Origin: Eutreptiella sp. 'Long Island Sound 2002'
Taxonomy: Eukaryota > Protista > Euglenida
Assembly: GCA_964036045.1 (NCBI GenBank)
Contig: OZ038378.1
Location: 53,816,001 to 53,880,000 of the forward strand
DNA length: 64,000 bases
Direction of reading: 5' to 3'
Numbering within the stretch: position 1 is the first letter of the stretch; the number at the start of each line of letters is the position of its first letter. This document shows, piece after piece, positions 12,507-25,297 of the stretch. The position numbers and the translations under genes are program-made. Under the pieces are notes generated by a model. The model saw nothing but the letters and a program-made list of their open reading frames with translations. It searched no databases and had not been told where the DNA came from.

Positions 12507-15500
12507 GATGCCGGGACCGAGCTCCGCAATCATAGCCTTTGTTTCGTAGCAACACCTGTTGTACGATCGATGGCCGCTCAAGCTGTAATTTTTTTACATG
12601 CGCAAGAATGCATTCATTTTATTTTCACAAGTGTCAAATAGATCCTTAGTTATTCCTCTGGGCAGGTGCATGGTCTCGTGAGATTTGTACATGCTTTGCC
12701 CTGTTTGTGCCATTCTTGTGCCATTGGTGGGGTCAATTGGAGATTGCACTCTTTGCTAGTAGCTATCTCACCAATTGCTCAATTTTTCTTTTTTCCATTC
12801 CATGAGGTAACCTTGACCATTGTTATTCTTCACCTTTGGTGCCGTTTTTTGTTCCCCCCCATAGGTATCTCAAAAGGAGAATTCGCTTTTACGGCTCCAT
12901 TATGTGCCCCACCACCCTCAACCCCCATCCATCGCGGATTTGAGAGTAATTATTAGTTGAACAGTTTTTGTTCCAAGAAACGTGTATGGAATATTTTCTC
13001 AGCTTCGCCAAATGTCCCTTATCTACAAACGGGGTCATCACTATGAGGAGGATTTCCGGCACAAGATGCAGATGTGCACAGCTGTGTTTTGCTTTTCCGG
13101 CATGTTGTCAAGAGACCGATTGCCTTCGATTTAGGGAATATGCCCCTTTAGATTCTTTGAGGCTGAGTAATGGCCGTCTCTTTATATGTTTCTTGGCAAA
13201 TGCTATAGTTCCCTTCCGGATCTTTGCAATACAGCTGACATTTTAAGCATGGCAACATGAAGTGATGTTTTCTTCCTGAGACAATATGTAGGAGTCTATT
13301 GCATATCTTGGAGTCATCTTGTACACCTTTTCCGAACTTTTTTCCACTTCACGAGGGAGGTGCATTTGTGATTGTTTTCGTCACGGAATGCGACTCCCGG
13401 CGGTGCTCAAGAAGTTCCCGTTTTGACTAGATTGAAGAAAGATGCGTTCTTAGAATACTCCCAAATGCTGTGATGTTATTTCATCGACCATTTCTGTCAT
13501 TGGCCGCGCAAGTTCTTTGTCTTTGGCACATTTGTATTGGAAATGTATACAAGTAGAAGGAAAGCCAATTCATCTTTGGCATTTTATAGAAACGTGCAAG
13601 TGCTCTTCTTCATGATAATACTGCTAGATTCACCATTTATGCTCAGCTCTACTAGAACGATGGCCATGTTTGTGACGCAAAACATGATTTTGCGCACTCT
13701 CAAGTGTTGGGCCCCGAGACACAAATTCAGTGCCGCATTTGGTATTTTACCCTTCAGAATGCATGCAAGTGAGTGGTGCCCCCTATCCCTTTAACAATTT
13801 TGCATACCTACTCAGAAGGTTGGCTGTTATGCTTCACCAGTGTGTTTGCTCTTTGTGCACAGCGGCACTATTGGTGGGCCTTAGACTCGCCATGGCTGGC
13901 ATAATATGCACCCAATTGTCCCAACCATGTCTTCTAGAACCCTACGAGTGCTGAAGAGACCGAGTATATGCGCATATGGACGAAATATGGCTTATTGGCG
14001 TGCATATGTGTCCTCTATGGCACATATACGGGGTATATGTGGCTGTATGGGCATGTTTGGGCTATGGAGATTGCCAACCAAGATGGTGCCGATGTTTTCT
14101 ATTGAAAGCAGCGTCATATGTCGCTTGGGGTGCCCATTTCACGCATTGGTACCCATCGGTTGTCGATTGGTACCAAATGTCCCTCATGCACAGTAACCCA
14201 ACTTCACTAATATTGCCCTAACTCCCTTAAATCATTCGCAATGCCCACAAACCCAAGCACACGCGTAAAGTAAACATCAAGGGCGATATGAAAGAGCCCT
14301 TGAAGTCCACTCAACTCATTGTGGTTGGCGAGCAATGGCGACATCGAGTTACTGAGGGAGGTAAAAATGCCCACATTCACGGATCTAGGCGCTTGTCACA
14401 CCAAAATGACCGCCTTGGAACGGCAGTTTTTGGGTCTCAGTAAGTCAAAATCTGATCCGTCAAGTCCTCAGAAATGTCAACTGATCGCGGCGGCGGGATT
14501 GCGGCGACGGCAACAGGCGACTGTAAAAGACAGTCCTCTCCTGGCAGAATGCGAGATGTGCGGATTTGAATATGGGAATCGATGAGGAATTGGATTCCTG
14601 ATCGATTCTGCACATTGGAAAAATTTGCGGCGCCCGCAGGCTGCTAGTTATGCCGCGAATCCAGAAAAAATTGGTTTAACAGGGGTGGGGATGGTCCATG
14701 AGGTCCTAGGTACCGCTTCAGAAGGGTTAGGCAGTTGCCGCCGTGCAACCCTTTTGATGGCCTCCCAGGCATCCTTCAAGTGTGTATTGTTGTGGACACC
14801 GCTGTGTGGGGTTATCCTTTCTGCGGTGTGGCAACGATGCAGAGGACTCACGTCTGGGCCGCACATTTGGGGTAAGGGAGTTGGCAAGGTGGCTATGGCC
14901 ATACATCCGCCATATGTACTCTCTGCCAAGGGCTTGCTCTGGGGACGAGTTAGACCGGGTGTGGGTTGCATTGACATCGTAATCTGCAACGAAATAGCTG
15001 CTTTGTGCGGGGTCCTGCAATAGCGGATGGTGGCAACACATACCCTTGACGACGTAGTCCAAACCTAGCTTTGTTTGGCCAAGGAATCACAGAATTTAAG
15101 GGTGACCCCCCAAGAAATATTGGTAGTGATCTACCCTGATGCCACACCCCTATCTTAGACGGGGCAAGTTGCCCACCTCAGTATATCGACGGAAAACACC
15201 CAAAAACGGTTTTTTCGGGCTTTGTCAAATTTCGTGGTGTTTTTTTTTGGTATGAAGAGGTGTAGCTGATTTTAACCCTCTGAGAACGTATGTTTGGTGG
15301 TGTGCAATGTGTCCGTACAAAACCCACTGTTTGGACAGGGTCACTTTTTGAATTGCAACCCTGGTCCCGTGCTTTCCTGTTTCCCATGTGCATTGATCCT
15401 ATGTAATTTCAAAAAGTTTCTAGATCCACACACTTTTCGAAGTTCCACCCCAATCAAACGCAATTTTGCCGGTGCTCGTGTCTAGAGAATGCTTTTCTTG

Positions 15501-18231
15501 CGGCCCCCTCCGGCGCGCAATTCGACAAACATGCCTAATTTATGGAGCTTTTTGAATTCCACCTCATTGTGCTCCCCTCATTGGCTTGCGGCCCGGTTCT
15601 ACCATACAAAATGGCCCTTTTATGTAGCCGTATTGATATCTCCCGTGCCATGGGGACCTCGAGAAGGCACGGGTTTTGTTGCGGGGTGTTAACCGGGGCG
15701 CAGGGGTTAGGTAGCCACTATGCCCGCATGTGGGCCATTTCTTATTTTGTCCCCGTGCTGAGCATTGGGAGCCAGTGATTTCTCCCCAGTAGCGGGGGAC
15801 ACTTGTTAGATGCAATCGTCAGCCCGCGGAAAAGGGGCTCCTGACGCGGCCCGCCGCCACCCACATTGAGCATTGTGTCCGATCCATCTACTCTCCAGGC
15901 GCTCTCCTAGTTCCAGACAAACTAAGCAATTTGCAACTTTTTAGGGGGCGGGGGTGTCGCTGGTTGTCCGGTTCCCATGCGAAAAATCTTGGTCATGCCC
16001 CCCAAAGCATAGAAGAGGTGTAGACACCTTTGCACAATTTCACCAATTCAACACACGTTTTGATGGATGGTGTCTGTTTCCAAACACTCACCACCAATTC
16101 TGAGGTCAGTGAGAAGCGATACCTCGATACCTCGTTGACGTTGACCGTTTTGTTTAGTATGGTTGTGTTCCCCGGCTGATGAGCCAGGTGCCGGGCACTA
16201 CAGCAGGTCCCTCTGGTCTCTTGCGTTGTTTGTTACCAGGAGCTAAGTATGGTACAACCGTTGATGGATGCAGCTCTACGGGACGAGGAGCTAAAGGTAC
16301 CCTTGCTAGTGGCGTTCTCTGCACAGATGAGGGTCAACTAGTGAACAAGACGTAGTATAGCGACATTCCCTGTGCCACGTCAACAGTCACCGTGGCCATG
16401 GTGGTATAGAGTGTTTGTAGGCCAAGTGTATATAATGTGGCAACTGTGCAAGAAGATGGTGTTTATTGTCTGGTGTTTGAGTGCCCAGAGCCGATTCCAC
16501 CGGACGCACTGGATACAGCTACCACGGCCAGGCAGGGCTGGACATCGCCACACCGTGGTGGGCGCAGCGACCATGGCATCACCCCCCCCCCCCCATCCAC
16601 GCCCCTGTTGCCATTGGCCGGGCACCACACAGCGCTCGCCGGACAGGGCGGGGTAGCCGCCGTCCGTTGGCCCGAGCATTGCACAGTGCTGTGACGCGGG
16701 GCGCACCTGGGTTGCTAGGTTGCGGGTGCGAGCACAACATGCACTCTACTGCTATCGGGCGGTCACTTGATGCTTCTTCTACAGAGTCGCCAATCGCTAC
16801 ACATGCAGGGCCGGTTCGAGAGGTAGATTCCTCAAGTGGGCTCGGGGCTGGGTTGACAAGGCCTTGTCGAAGAACTGCACATGGGTTTCGGATGGCATAG
16901 AGGCTACTGGCCACCAGGTGTACACCATGAAATTGGAGTTTGGAGGGATGGACGAAGCGGGCCACCCCAATGGAAAGGAAGGATCACGCCGCCGCGTCCG
17001 CAGTGACTGCGTGCAGGAAGTTGCTAAGAAAGTGGTGTTCGTCCACGAACATGACTTGGTCACACGGCAGGGGGGGGGGGCGTGGAGGTCGAAGGGGTTA
17101 GGTGTTGCAAGGCCTATGGGCTGGCGTGTGAAGCAGGATTTGATCAGGCACTCGGTCGCCCGGAAGCTTTCACCGGCGAAGGAATCCCCTTGGTTGCGCG
17201 CTTTGCCTGTGCGGAACGGGGGCACCAGGCCTTCGCTGGTGAAGGGTGGATCCGCAGGCGGCTGTAGATCTCATCAGCCCACGCTCCAAAGTTCCACAAG
17301 CCGGGAAGCGCCGCCACGAGCGGAGAGCATGCATAAGGGGGCTCCCTCAGGAAGTGTAGGATGATGGCTCTGCTAAAGGAAAAGGCTCTTGGTATGCAAA
17401 TGGCTGCATCAAGCGGGATTAGGAGGTTGTTGTCACTTGCGAGCCTCGTTGTTGGCCGAACACCACCGGTGGTACAACTGGCCCATGCCGGAAGAAAGAT
17501 TATCCAGAGATCAAACGAAGGGAAGCAGGTGGTGGTGGCATATGACAACTAGTATCACAAACGGTATTGTAGTAATTTGTACGGCCTAATTGCCCTCTCA
17601 ATGTAATCACTATGTGAGTCGTGCATGCAACTGCGATTGCTATGAACCTATAATCCCCCACACTTGGTGATCTTCTCCGATGCATCCCCGAGGCAGCACA
17701 TGCAATAGCCTGCACTTATCACTCGGTCTCACGAGCAGTTGAAGTTTTGAGGCGCGATCCACTAGATGCACGATACATAGAGGCCCCCCTAGATTTGCAC
17801 CGGGACCATATTCGTTCATTACAGTGGTACCCCGTGACGCTAGCTCACTTGGCCTCCAGTTGAGATGAGTACTGGCTTCACATTACGGAACAAGCATTGG
17901 CCCTGCAAGTTCACAGCCGCCACATCATGCCCCTCTTAATGGACAAAAATGTATTCTACAGCCCTCCAAGCTCATGTATTGTCAGCCGTACAACCCGTTC
18001 AAGTTGGCCGAGCGCTAGGCAATTATCCCCATGCTATACGGCCGTTGGCACCCGTAGAAGTATGGATGTACTATGATACACCGCACGTACTTATCCATTT
18101 TGGGGGTACCTTGGACATCAATTTCCCACCGTCCATGAAGAGAGTTGTTACACAATGGGAAGCAATTTTGTGTCCTAATGGTAGCACCCCCCCCCCCCCA
18201 TTTTAAGGACCACATTGGACACAAGGCGGCA

Positions 18232-19000
18232 TCAATTATGGCTCGTCTTGGCCTGATTGGCTAAGCCGAAGGACCTCCTGCACTTCAATATTCCGGTTGC
18301 GTTCCCCATGGGTAACGTAGTCCATGACTGCGATTGGGGTTGTCGACCTGCTGGTACATTCCATACAACACGCAAAGTGCTCGAGTTGAGCTTGGTACTG
18401 ATTGTGGCATTGACCATGGCACCTTGCATCGTCCCCTACGTACGCACAATGTGTGTCACCCTCCTATTGTGTTTACACTGGAATGACGTTGTCCCGGCTT
18501 GTTCTTACGCCAAGCAAGTGCTGGAGGCCATCTTGAGTCGTCTCGGAACCATGTGCCGGGTGTGCCCACAGAGGAAGACCTTGGAACATACCTTAGACCT
18601 ATTCTTCACCACCAAAGCGCGGAACGAACAAGACACGGGGCGCTTTCCCAGTGTGTACGTTACAATTATGTCCGGACGGCTTCACTTAATTTTGTTGGCC
18701 ATCACGACAAACCGTAGGGTGCATCTTGAATCGAGTAGTGAGGAAAACGACGCGTTTATCGCTGTTTCCGACGACACCCAAATTTCCGACCAAACCGCCA
18801 GGCAATGGTGGGGAGACTTTCTACCACATATTCCTCACAAGGTCCATGTGTCTAGTGACACGTGCTACGTGCCTCCCCACATATCAAGGCCCGCGGTCAC
18901 AATTCTTCGTACGAGAGACCCTTGCAAACATGTTGGTAGAGATGCACACGTTCACGGGGTATTTCCCTTCGTACGCACTTGAGCGCAAACGATGTTCCGG
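18232..19000 (-). pseudogene. Decayed relative of the accessory ORFs
   Basis: NSSTLRVVWN resembles ORF-C NARPIRVAWR. The downstream 20-mer gcaattttgtgtcctaatgg (18162-18181) recurs at ~25929-25950. Confidence 0.4.
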
Positions 19001-19403
19001 CCAAATCCCTCCACTGTTCAAATAAAAATGGCCGAAACAAAAAACGTTCGAAGTTGATTTCCCCCCCAACTAGGCACACCCATACATGCCAAGAAAATAT
19101 GTTGTTAGCTAGCCTAGCGGCACCCCGCTATTACTGTCACATTTGGTGTATTCCGTGTTGTTGAGCGAAAAATACTGGCACTCAAAAACACTTTTTGCCG
19201 GAACACCACCGGAACACCGCCGGAAGAAGTTACCGGAGGACCACCGCAACACACAAGCGACACAAAGAGCAAAGTGTGGATAATGGGTAAGTGAAACATA
19301 GATTGTTGGTTAGGGTGCCAGCAAGGGCACATGGGGTTAGGCTCTTTGTACGTCCCTTGACTACTCCTCCAGCGGGTAGGCGCAGCGCAAGGCACCCCGG
19401 AAC

Positions 19404-20150
19404 TTACCTCTCCTTCTCCCTCGTCGACCGCCCGCTCGTGACCCACCATGCCTTCACCCTCCACCTCGGCGACCTCCACCCCCATGCCCTCATCCCGGCT
19501 AGCCGCCAGTGCACCGTCACTTGCCCTTGGCCCATCTTGGGCCCTTGGCCTCCCCCATCCCCATCCCCATCCCTGTCCCCGTCCACGTCCCCGTCCCCGT
19601 TCGTGGTGTTCGCGTCCTTGTCGTCGTTGTCACCCTCTCCCTCTTCGACCGCCTCTGTCTTCTTCCACTTCTTCTCGAGCAATCTCTTGGCTTGCTTTTG
19701 GGTCCGCCACACGGCCTCCTTCGGCACCCGAAAAAGTTCCACGTCCCCCAGGACTCTCACCCATGTTTCTCTTTTGCGGCGGTCCACCCGTGGCAAGGGC
19801 CTCCTTGCCGTTCTCAATCCCCCACACCCACTTGTCGCAAAAACAAAAACGACATAATCATTTCCCCGCGCCTTGTAATTACACACACCCCCCCCCCCCC
19901 GCCCCCCTTGCCTTGGCCTTGGCCTCGGGCTTGGGATGGGGGTATCCCTTGGCATGTCCGCCATTGGGCATGTGGGGGTGGCTCGGGGCGAGGGGGTTTG
20001 TCTTCAAGATGGGCTTGGGGGCCTTCTTGGGGGGTCGAGGAGTAAGGGGGTGGTTTTCTCTTTGGGGGGCTGGGGGGTCTTCTTGCTGCGTAGGGGCGAG
20101 TCGGCAAAACAAGCGGACGAGTTGGAGATAAGGGAGGAGGAGGCCGTTGC
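19404..20150 (-). pseudogene. 3' half of interrupted accessory ORF of outer element (ORF-D) with Tudor-like module
   Basis: ATASSSLISNSS... continues ORF-B in frame. Later DYVVFVF...WVRVLGDVELFRVPKEAVWRTQKQAKRLLE parallels the ORF-C module. One TGA near 20004. Confidence 0.6.
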
Positions 20151-20152
20151 GG

Positions 20153-20183
20153 CCCTAGTGGCCCAAATTAAAGTCAATATGTT
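20153..20183 (+). repeat. Left TIR of inner transposon
   Basis: ccctagtggcccaaattaaagtcaatatgtt. Confidence 0.9.
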
Positions 20184-20582
20184 TAATATTTGGCCAAAAA
20201 TTAACACGTTAATCTCAAGTTTCAATTTTTTTTAGGGGGGGTTAGGGGTTTTGCCATGAAAATTATGACCCCCACGGGTTGCCTTACCGGCTTGGATGTC
20301 ATTTTCCCCCGGGGGTTGGTGGGGGGGTCCTACCCATGTGGTTGTTTCAAAATGTTAAAATGGCTCTCGGCTTTAATTTTTGTTTTTAATTTTTCCATTA
20401 AATATTTGAAAAGTTAAAAATTAAAGGGTCGCCGGCATTAATATTAATCTCACAAATATTAACTCATTCCCCCAAATATTAACCCTCCTCACAATGGCAC
20501 AACGCAACATGGAATGCATCATGTGTGTGTTTATGTTTCTTGTCCATGGCCATTGTGGCCCCTTGGGTCCCTATCCGGGCCC

Positions 20583-23070
20583 TCATACCTCGTGGGACCC
20601 CGTAGTGGGGTCCCACATCTTTGCGGGTCCGGATGGGAGGTTAGTGGGGTTAGTGGGGTTAGTTGGGTTAGTGGGTTCGGTGGTAGGGTTTGCTTTCGGG
20701 GGGTTAGGCGTTTCGTTTGTGGGGGTGGGGGGTTTGGTCTTCTTTGGGCCCTCCGCCCGGGCCTCTTCCCGGTGCCGCTCGGCCTCCTCGGGGGTGGGGA
20801 AGAGGAGGGAGCGGTTCACCTCGTAGAGGGTGGTGCCGCCCGGGTATTCCACCCAAACGGCACCGTACTTCCGCCCGTGGATACCACGGACGGTGCCCCT
20901 CTCTACGCCTTTGGGGTAGGGTACGTGGACGACCGTCCCGATGATCGGATCCTCGGGACGGTCGTCCTTCTTCTCGGCACCCTTGGGGGTGTCGGTCTTG
21001 GTGGGGGGGGCGGGGTTGTGGTGGCGGTCTTGGGGGGGGGTTGGTGGGTTTGGGGGCGGGGACAGCCTTCGTAGGCCGTGCGGTGGTGGTGGTGGTGGGG
21101 GGGTTTCGGCCTTTTGGGCCGGGGGATCGCCCCGTCGTCGCTTTCGTCCGACGAATGGAAAGAAAACTTTCGTTTCTTGGTTGGGTGCCTGGGGGGGTGG
21201 GGCTTCGCTTGGGGGGGGTTTGGGGCGGTGGTGGTGGACGCCCCCCCCCCCCTCCTCCCCCTCGCTCACCCCGCCCCCACCCATGCTCCCCCACATCTCC
21301 TCATCCTCCCCCCCCGCGTAGCCCACCTCCTGCATCCGAGCCCGCTCCGCGGGCCGGAAGTGGCGCGGCGCCACCCATACACCGCTCACCACGCGCGAAG
21401 TCTCCCAAACGTGGAGACCTCGCAAGAGAGCAAGGCCCAAGGGTGGGTCTCGGGCCACGATCCGATGGAGGGACCCCAGGGGTACTTCCTGGGATCCTTC
21501 GGCGTCTCGCCAGGCCACGCGGATGGGCCTGGCATTCGTCGCGTTGACCACGACGTCAATAACCTAAAAACAAAATGAAAGAAAAATAAAAATAGATTAA
21601 TTTTTTCAGCGACATTTTTAATTTTTCGACTTTAATATTAACTGCTGACTTTTAATATTTCGACCGGCAGCGCAAAAATTAAATATTAACCTCGAGAAAT
21701 TAAACGTGCCGTCCTAAAAATTAATGCACGCACGCAAAACACATACCTCAAAACTCCCGTTCACTCCGCCTGCCTGAACTGCCCCCATGGCTTCCCAGAA
21801 GAGCGCGGCGGCACTATGCTACACCACAGGGGCCACAGGGGCTCCCGCGCTGGCCATCGGGGCCGCCTGGGCCCCCGGTTTGGCCGCGGTCGCCGACTTG
21901 GCGGCGCGGGACTGGGGGACCAAGCCCTCGTACGAGGGCTGGCACCCCGGGTCGTAGATGGGGCGGGGCAGGGCCAATACAGTGGCCCAGTCCGCCCCGA
22001 AGGCCACAGCCTTGCCCTGGCGCCGCTGCCTGACCCAGCCCAGCTGGGCCCAGTGCTGCAGCAGCACCAGGTAATGCGGCGTCCCAAAACGGACGCCGCG
22101 GGGGTCGAAAAGCAAATTCAGTGCGGGCAAGGCGCCCACACTGATTCCCTCTGGCATGGGGGCAAGGGGGGCACCGGGAAGGGTTTTCCAGACCCAGACC
22201 CCCCCCTGGAGGCATCCTTACCCCAGGTGCCTCCGTGTTTCCCCTCGTTCCGGCGGATCCAACACCGGATCAACCGCCGAAAAATCCACATGGCTGTTAC
22301 GTGGCTATGGGGGGGGGGAGGAAAAAACGGGTTGATCCCCCGCGCACCCCTCTTGCAGCACCTGGGCTGAATAGGGGATCGGCCCCGCCTTTCGAGCGGT
22401 GGCAGATTGGGGGCCCAGAGCTTTGAGAAGCCACTGGGGGGGGGGGGGGGTCATTGGGGGGGTCAACAACCTCAACTACCCCGTCCCCGTCCCCCTCGTC
22501 CACCACCACTTCCCCCTCCCCCTCATCCTTGACCCCCCCCCCCCCAGGCTGGCCTCTACCCCCCCCCTGCCCCTTGCTCCTCTCCCTCTCTCTCCTCTCC
22601 CTTTTCTCCTTCTTTTTCTTCTTCTTCTCCTTCTTCTCCTTCCGCCGCCTATCGGAGGAGTCGTCGCTTGACTCCTCGGTTGGCGGTTGAGCGGCGGGAG
22701 GAGGTGCTTGTGCTAGTGCTGGTGCTGGTGCTAGTGCTGGAGCTGCTGCTGCTCTTGGATGAGCTGCAGCCAGTCGTTGCTCCACTTGTGCCATCTAAGA
22801 GAGCGAGAGGATGAAAATGAAAATTAAGAAAAAATTAATTTTTGTGCACCCAACTTAATTTCTTGAAATTAATATTATCCATCGAAAAATTAATTAATAT
22901 ATTAAATATTAATGACCGCGCCTATTAATATTAATCTCAAAATATTAAACGGATCGACGGAAATATTAATTCGTATACGCAAGCAAGCATGCACAAGCAA
23001 AACACATCAGGGCTTCGTTGTTCGCTTTGAACATGTCGGCCAACATCTTTTGCATGGTCGAGGCGTCCAT
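20583..23070 (-). CDS. Accessory gene of inner transposon (ORF-C): coiled-coil N-terminus, K/E-rich NLS-like tract, Pro-rich linker, Tudor/SH3-like module
   Basis: Putative exons ~23070-23008 (MDASTMQKMLADMFKANNEAL; donor not canonical), 22794-21747 (acceptor ctcttag|ATG, donor GAG|gtatgt; one frameshift, one TAG) and 21563-20583 (acceptor tttttag|GTT). Exons are separated by AT-rich introns. Confidence 0.65.
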
Positions 23071-24996
23071 GGCAAGGAGAAAACAAAGCTAGTGGTGGGG
23101 AAGCAAGGGTGGAGGTCGGGGGGCTATGGGTGGCCATGAGTTTGGCCATGGTGCATGGGGCGGTAGGGGGGGTCCCGTAATTGCGTAGCGGAAGGTCAAA
23201 TTTTAAAAACCACCACTCCCACACTTGGGAAACTACCTCCCCCTCCCGCTCTACTTGGGTTGCCCCCGGCATCCCCCCCCCCCCCCCCGGCCCGAGTGGT
23301 CATTGTATGCGCGCTTAAGGATGGCGTTGAGGCTCTCAACGACATCCGCGCACACGGCACCCAACCCAACCCCCAAGCGGCGTGCATTGGCCACGGCCTT
23401 GGTGACATCCTTCTCCAAATACAGGAGGTAGTTTGATTGACACGCCTCCTTGCAACAATGTGCACGGTAGGCGCGTGCCACCTCAGCCGCACGTAGGTCC
23501 CCGCGGGGCGGCTTGTCCGTGTACAATTTCCGGAGGAGGTCACACATGGCCACGACGGCTTGCCATTTGCCATCCTCCGGGACGTAGTCCAACAACGGAC
23601 CAAGTTCCTCCCACGCGAGGAACAACGCACGGGCCTCCTCCCCGTCGGGTGCCCCCATGGCATCCAACTTCACACCCGTGCGGGCCCGGTAGAGGACCCG
23701 TTGCACGGCGTCGGTGTTCTCCTTGGGGAGGTCCACAAGGCGTGTCTGGATGAACGCCACTTGGAGCCGGCCAATGGCCATGCAACAATGGAGGATGCAT
23801 AGGAAAACCATGCACCGGTCAACCACAATGTGTGGATCCCCTATGCATCCCCCATTTACCAAGCTACGGCCGGTCTCCTTGTAGCGGCGGCAGGCCGCCT
23901 CCTCACTGTCCAAGGTGCGCCGGGTCTCCACATTGACCCATGCCGCCGCAACCTTGTCCCACACCCCCATATTGTAAATTCAGCCCACCAAGGGCGAGGT
24001 GGACACACCGATAAGGCGCCGCACGAACGGTTTGTCTCCCCCGATGACCACCCTGCTTGGCACCCAGCGTGACACCCAATGAAACTTCTCGCAGTCTTGT
24101 ATGCACTGCAATACCTACAAAAAGGACATGGATTAATATTTACATTAATTTCTCGAGATTAATATTAAGTTAAATTTTCAGTCGGCGTTGATATTAACCG
24201 AAAACAAGATATTAATCTCGAGAAATTAACGCAAAAAACGCAAAAATTAACAAACAACGAATGGGCCACAAACCTTCAAGTTGTCGGCCCATATCGTTGC
24301 AAGTGACGCCATGTCCTTGTCCCCGCATACGGCCATCCCTATCACCCACAAGTACGCGGGTGTGCGGCCCCGTGCGCCGTGGTTGAGGAGCCCAATGGAG
24401 AGTTGGGTCCAAGTACCACCGGCGCACGGGTACGCATCCCCACGCACAATGAAGGTGAGGGGCCTTGTCCAATCGATGGTCTCCACTAGCGATGGGTGTG
24501 ATTGGACGTACCGGGCCCATGAGGGTAGCGGCCAAGAGCGCCCACTCGCGGGGGGATCGGGGACGGACACGGGTGGTTGTAGGTCAAGGGGGGTGACCAA
24601 CTCCTTCCACGCGTCCGTGAACGCTTCCCGAGTGGGGATGGGTTGGGGGAACTGGAGGCCCGTTGCGGCCGTGTAGACCGACCCCCGGCGGCTCATGTAC
24701 TCCATCATGTGGCGGAAGCCAACCTTGGGGACGTTCAAGTTCATGAGGAGGCCGATGAGGTCCGGAGCCGGGAAGAGGTGGGAGGCATATTGCTTCACCG
24801 CCTCCACTTGCTTAGTACGAATAAGGGAGGGGTAGCCAACCTCCATGGCCTCGGACCATCGGGCCCGGGCCAAAGGGGATGAGGCCACCCACTCACCAAG
24901 GGGTTGGGAGACCAAAGGGTCCCGCAAACTCTTGGCCCCGCTCAAACACACGAGCGTCATGTTAAGCTCGGTAAGGGTGTCCCGAGAGAAAGGCAT
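22937..24996 (-). pseudogene. Spliced DDE transposase (CMC/Transib-RAG1-like), one in-frame TGA and one poly-G frameshift
   Basis: Exon 1 24996-24274 (MPFSRDT...DNLK, 241 codons), GT-AG intron 24273-24115, exon 2 from 24114. Motifs: FIVRGD (D 24436-24438), VVIGGDKPFVRRLIG (D 24034-24036), CILH, NY...GLGAVCADVVESLNAILKR (E 23335-23337; compare RAG1 SIGAWASEGNESGNKLFRR). TGA at 23980-23982, frameshift at the G-run ~23275-23288. Confidence 0.8.
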
Positions 24997-25266
24997 AACA
25001 AGGGCTATACAAGGGAACATGGTGGTGTGGAGGGGGGGGGAATGCGGGCAACCGGAGGGGGGGTGTCCAAGACGCCCGCCAACACAACATTGGAACCTCT
25101 CTACTATACCGTTGTGCAACAATATACCACGTAACACCCCTTATAGGTCCGCATATGTGCATGGAAAAATGGATACAAATGGCCCAATCACAAAAATTTA
25201 ACTTTAACCTCTTAATATTTGCGACATTAATATATTAACGCTCTCATGTATTAGAAATTAAAAATT

Positions 25267-25297
25267 AACATATTGACTTTAATTTGGGGCACTAGGG
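25267..25297 (-). repeat. Right TIR of inner transposon
   Basis: Reverse complement reads ccctagtgccccaaattaaagtcaatatgtt, one mismatch to the left TIR. Confidence 0.9.

Larger units (their letters stand above)
20153..25297 (-). mobile_element. CMC-type (CACTA/Mirage/Chapaev-like) DNA transposon, 5,145 bp, near full length
   Basis: 31-bp TIRs matching at 30/31, CCCTA terminus fitting the CMCWR consensus, 2-bp GG TSD (20151-20152 / 25298-25299), internal DDE transposase plus accessory gene. Excision with one TSD copy restores the flanking ORF. Confidence 0.85.

Noticed and set aside
12960-13800. hAT or MULE transposase relic
   Set aside because: Too many stops and no identifiable DDE motif.
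18151-18159. CACAATGGG as the left TIR partner of CCCATTGTG at 27593-27601 (Transib/RSS-heptamer-like ends)
   Set aside because: Only 9 bp match and the flanks (gtta / caca) give no TSD. Better inverted matches place the outer left end near 19150. It may be the end of the separate 18232-19000 relic.
20514-22370. Long + strand G/V-rich ORFs
   Set aside because: Antisense shadows of the GC-rich minus-strand ORF-C.
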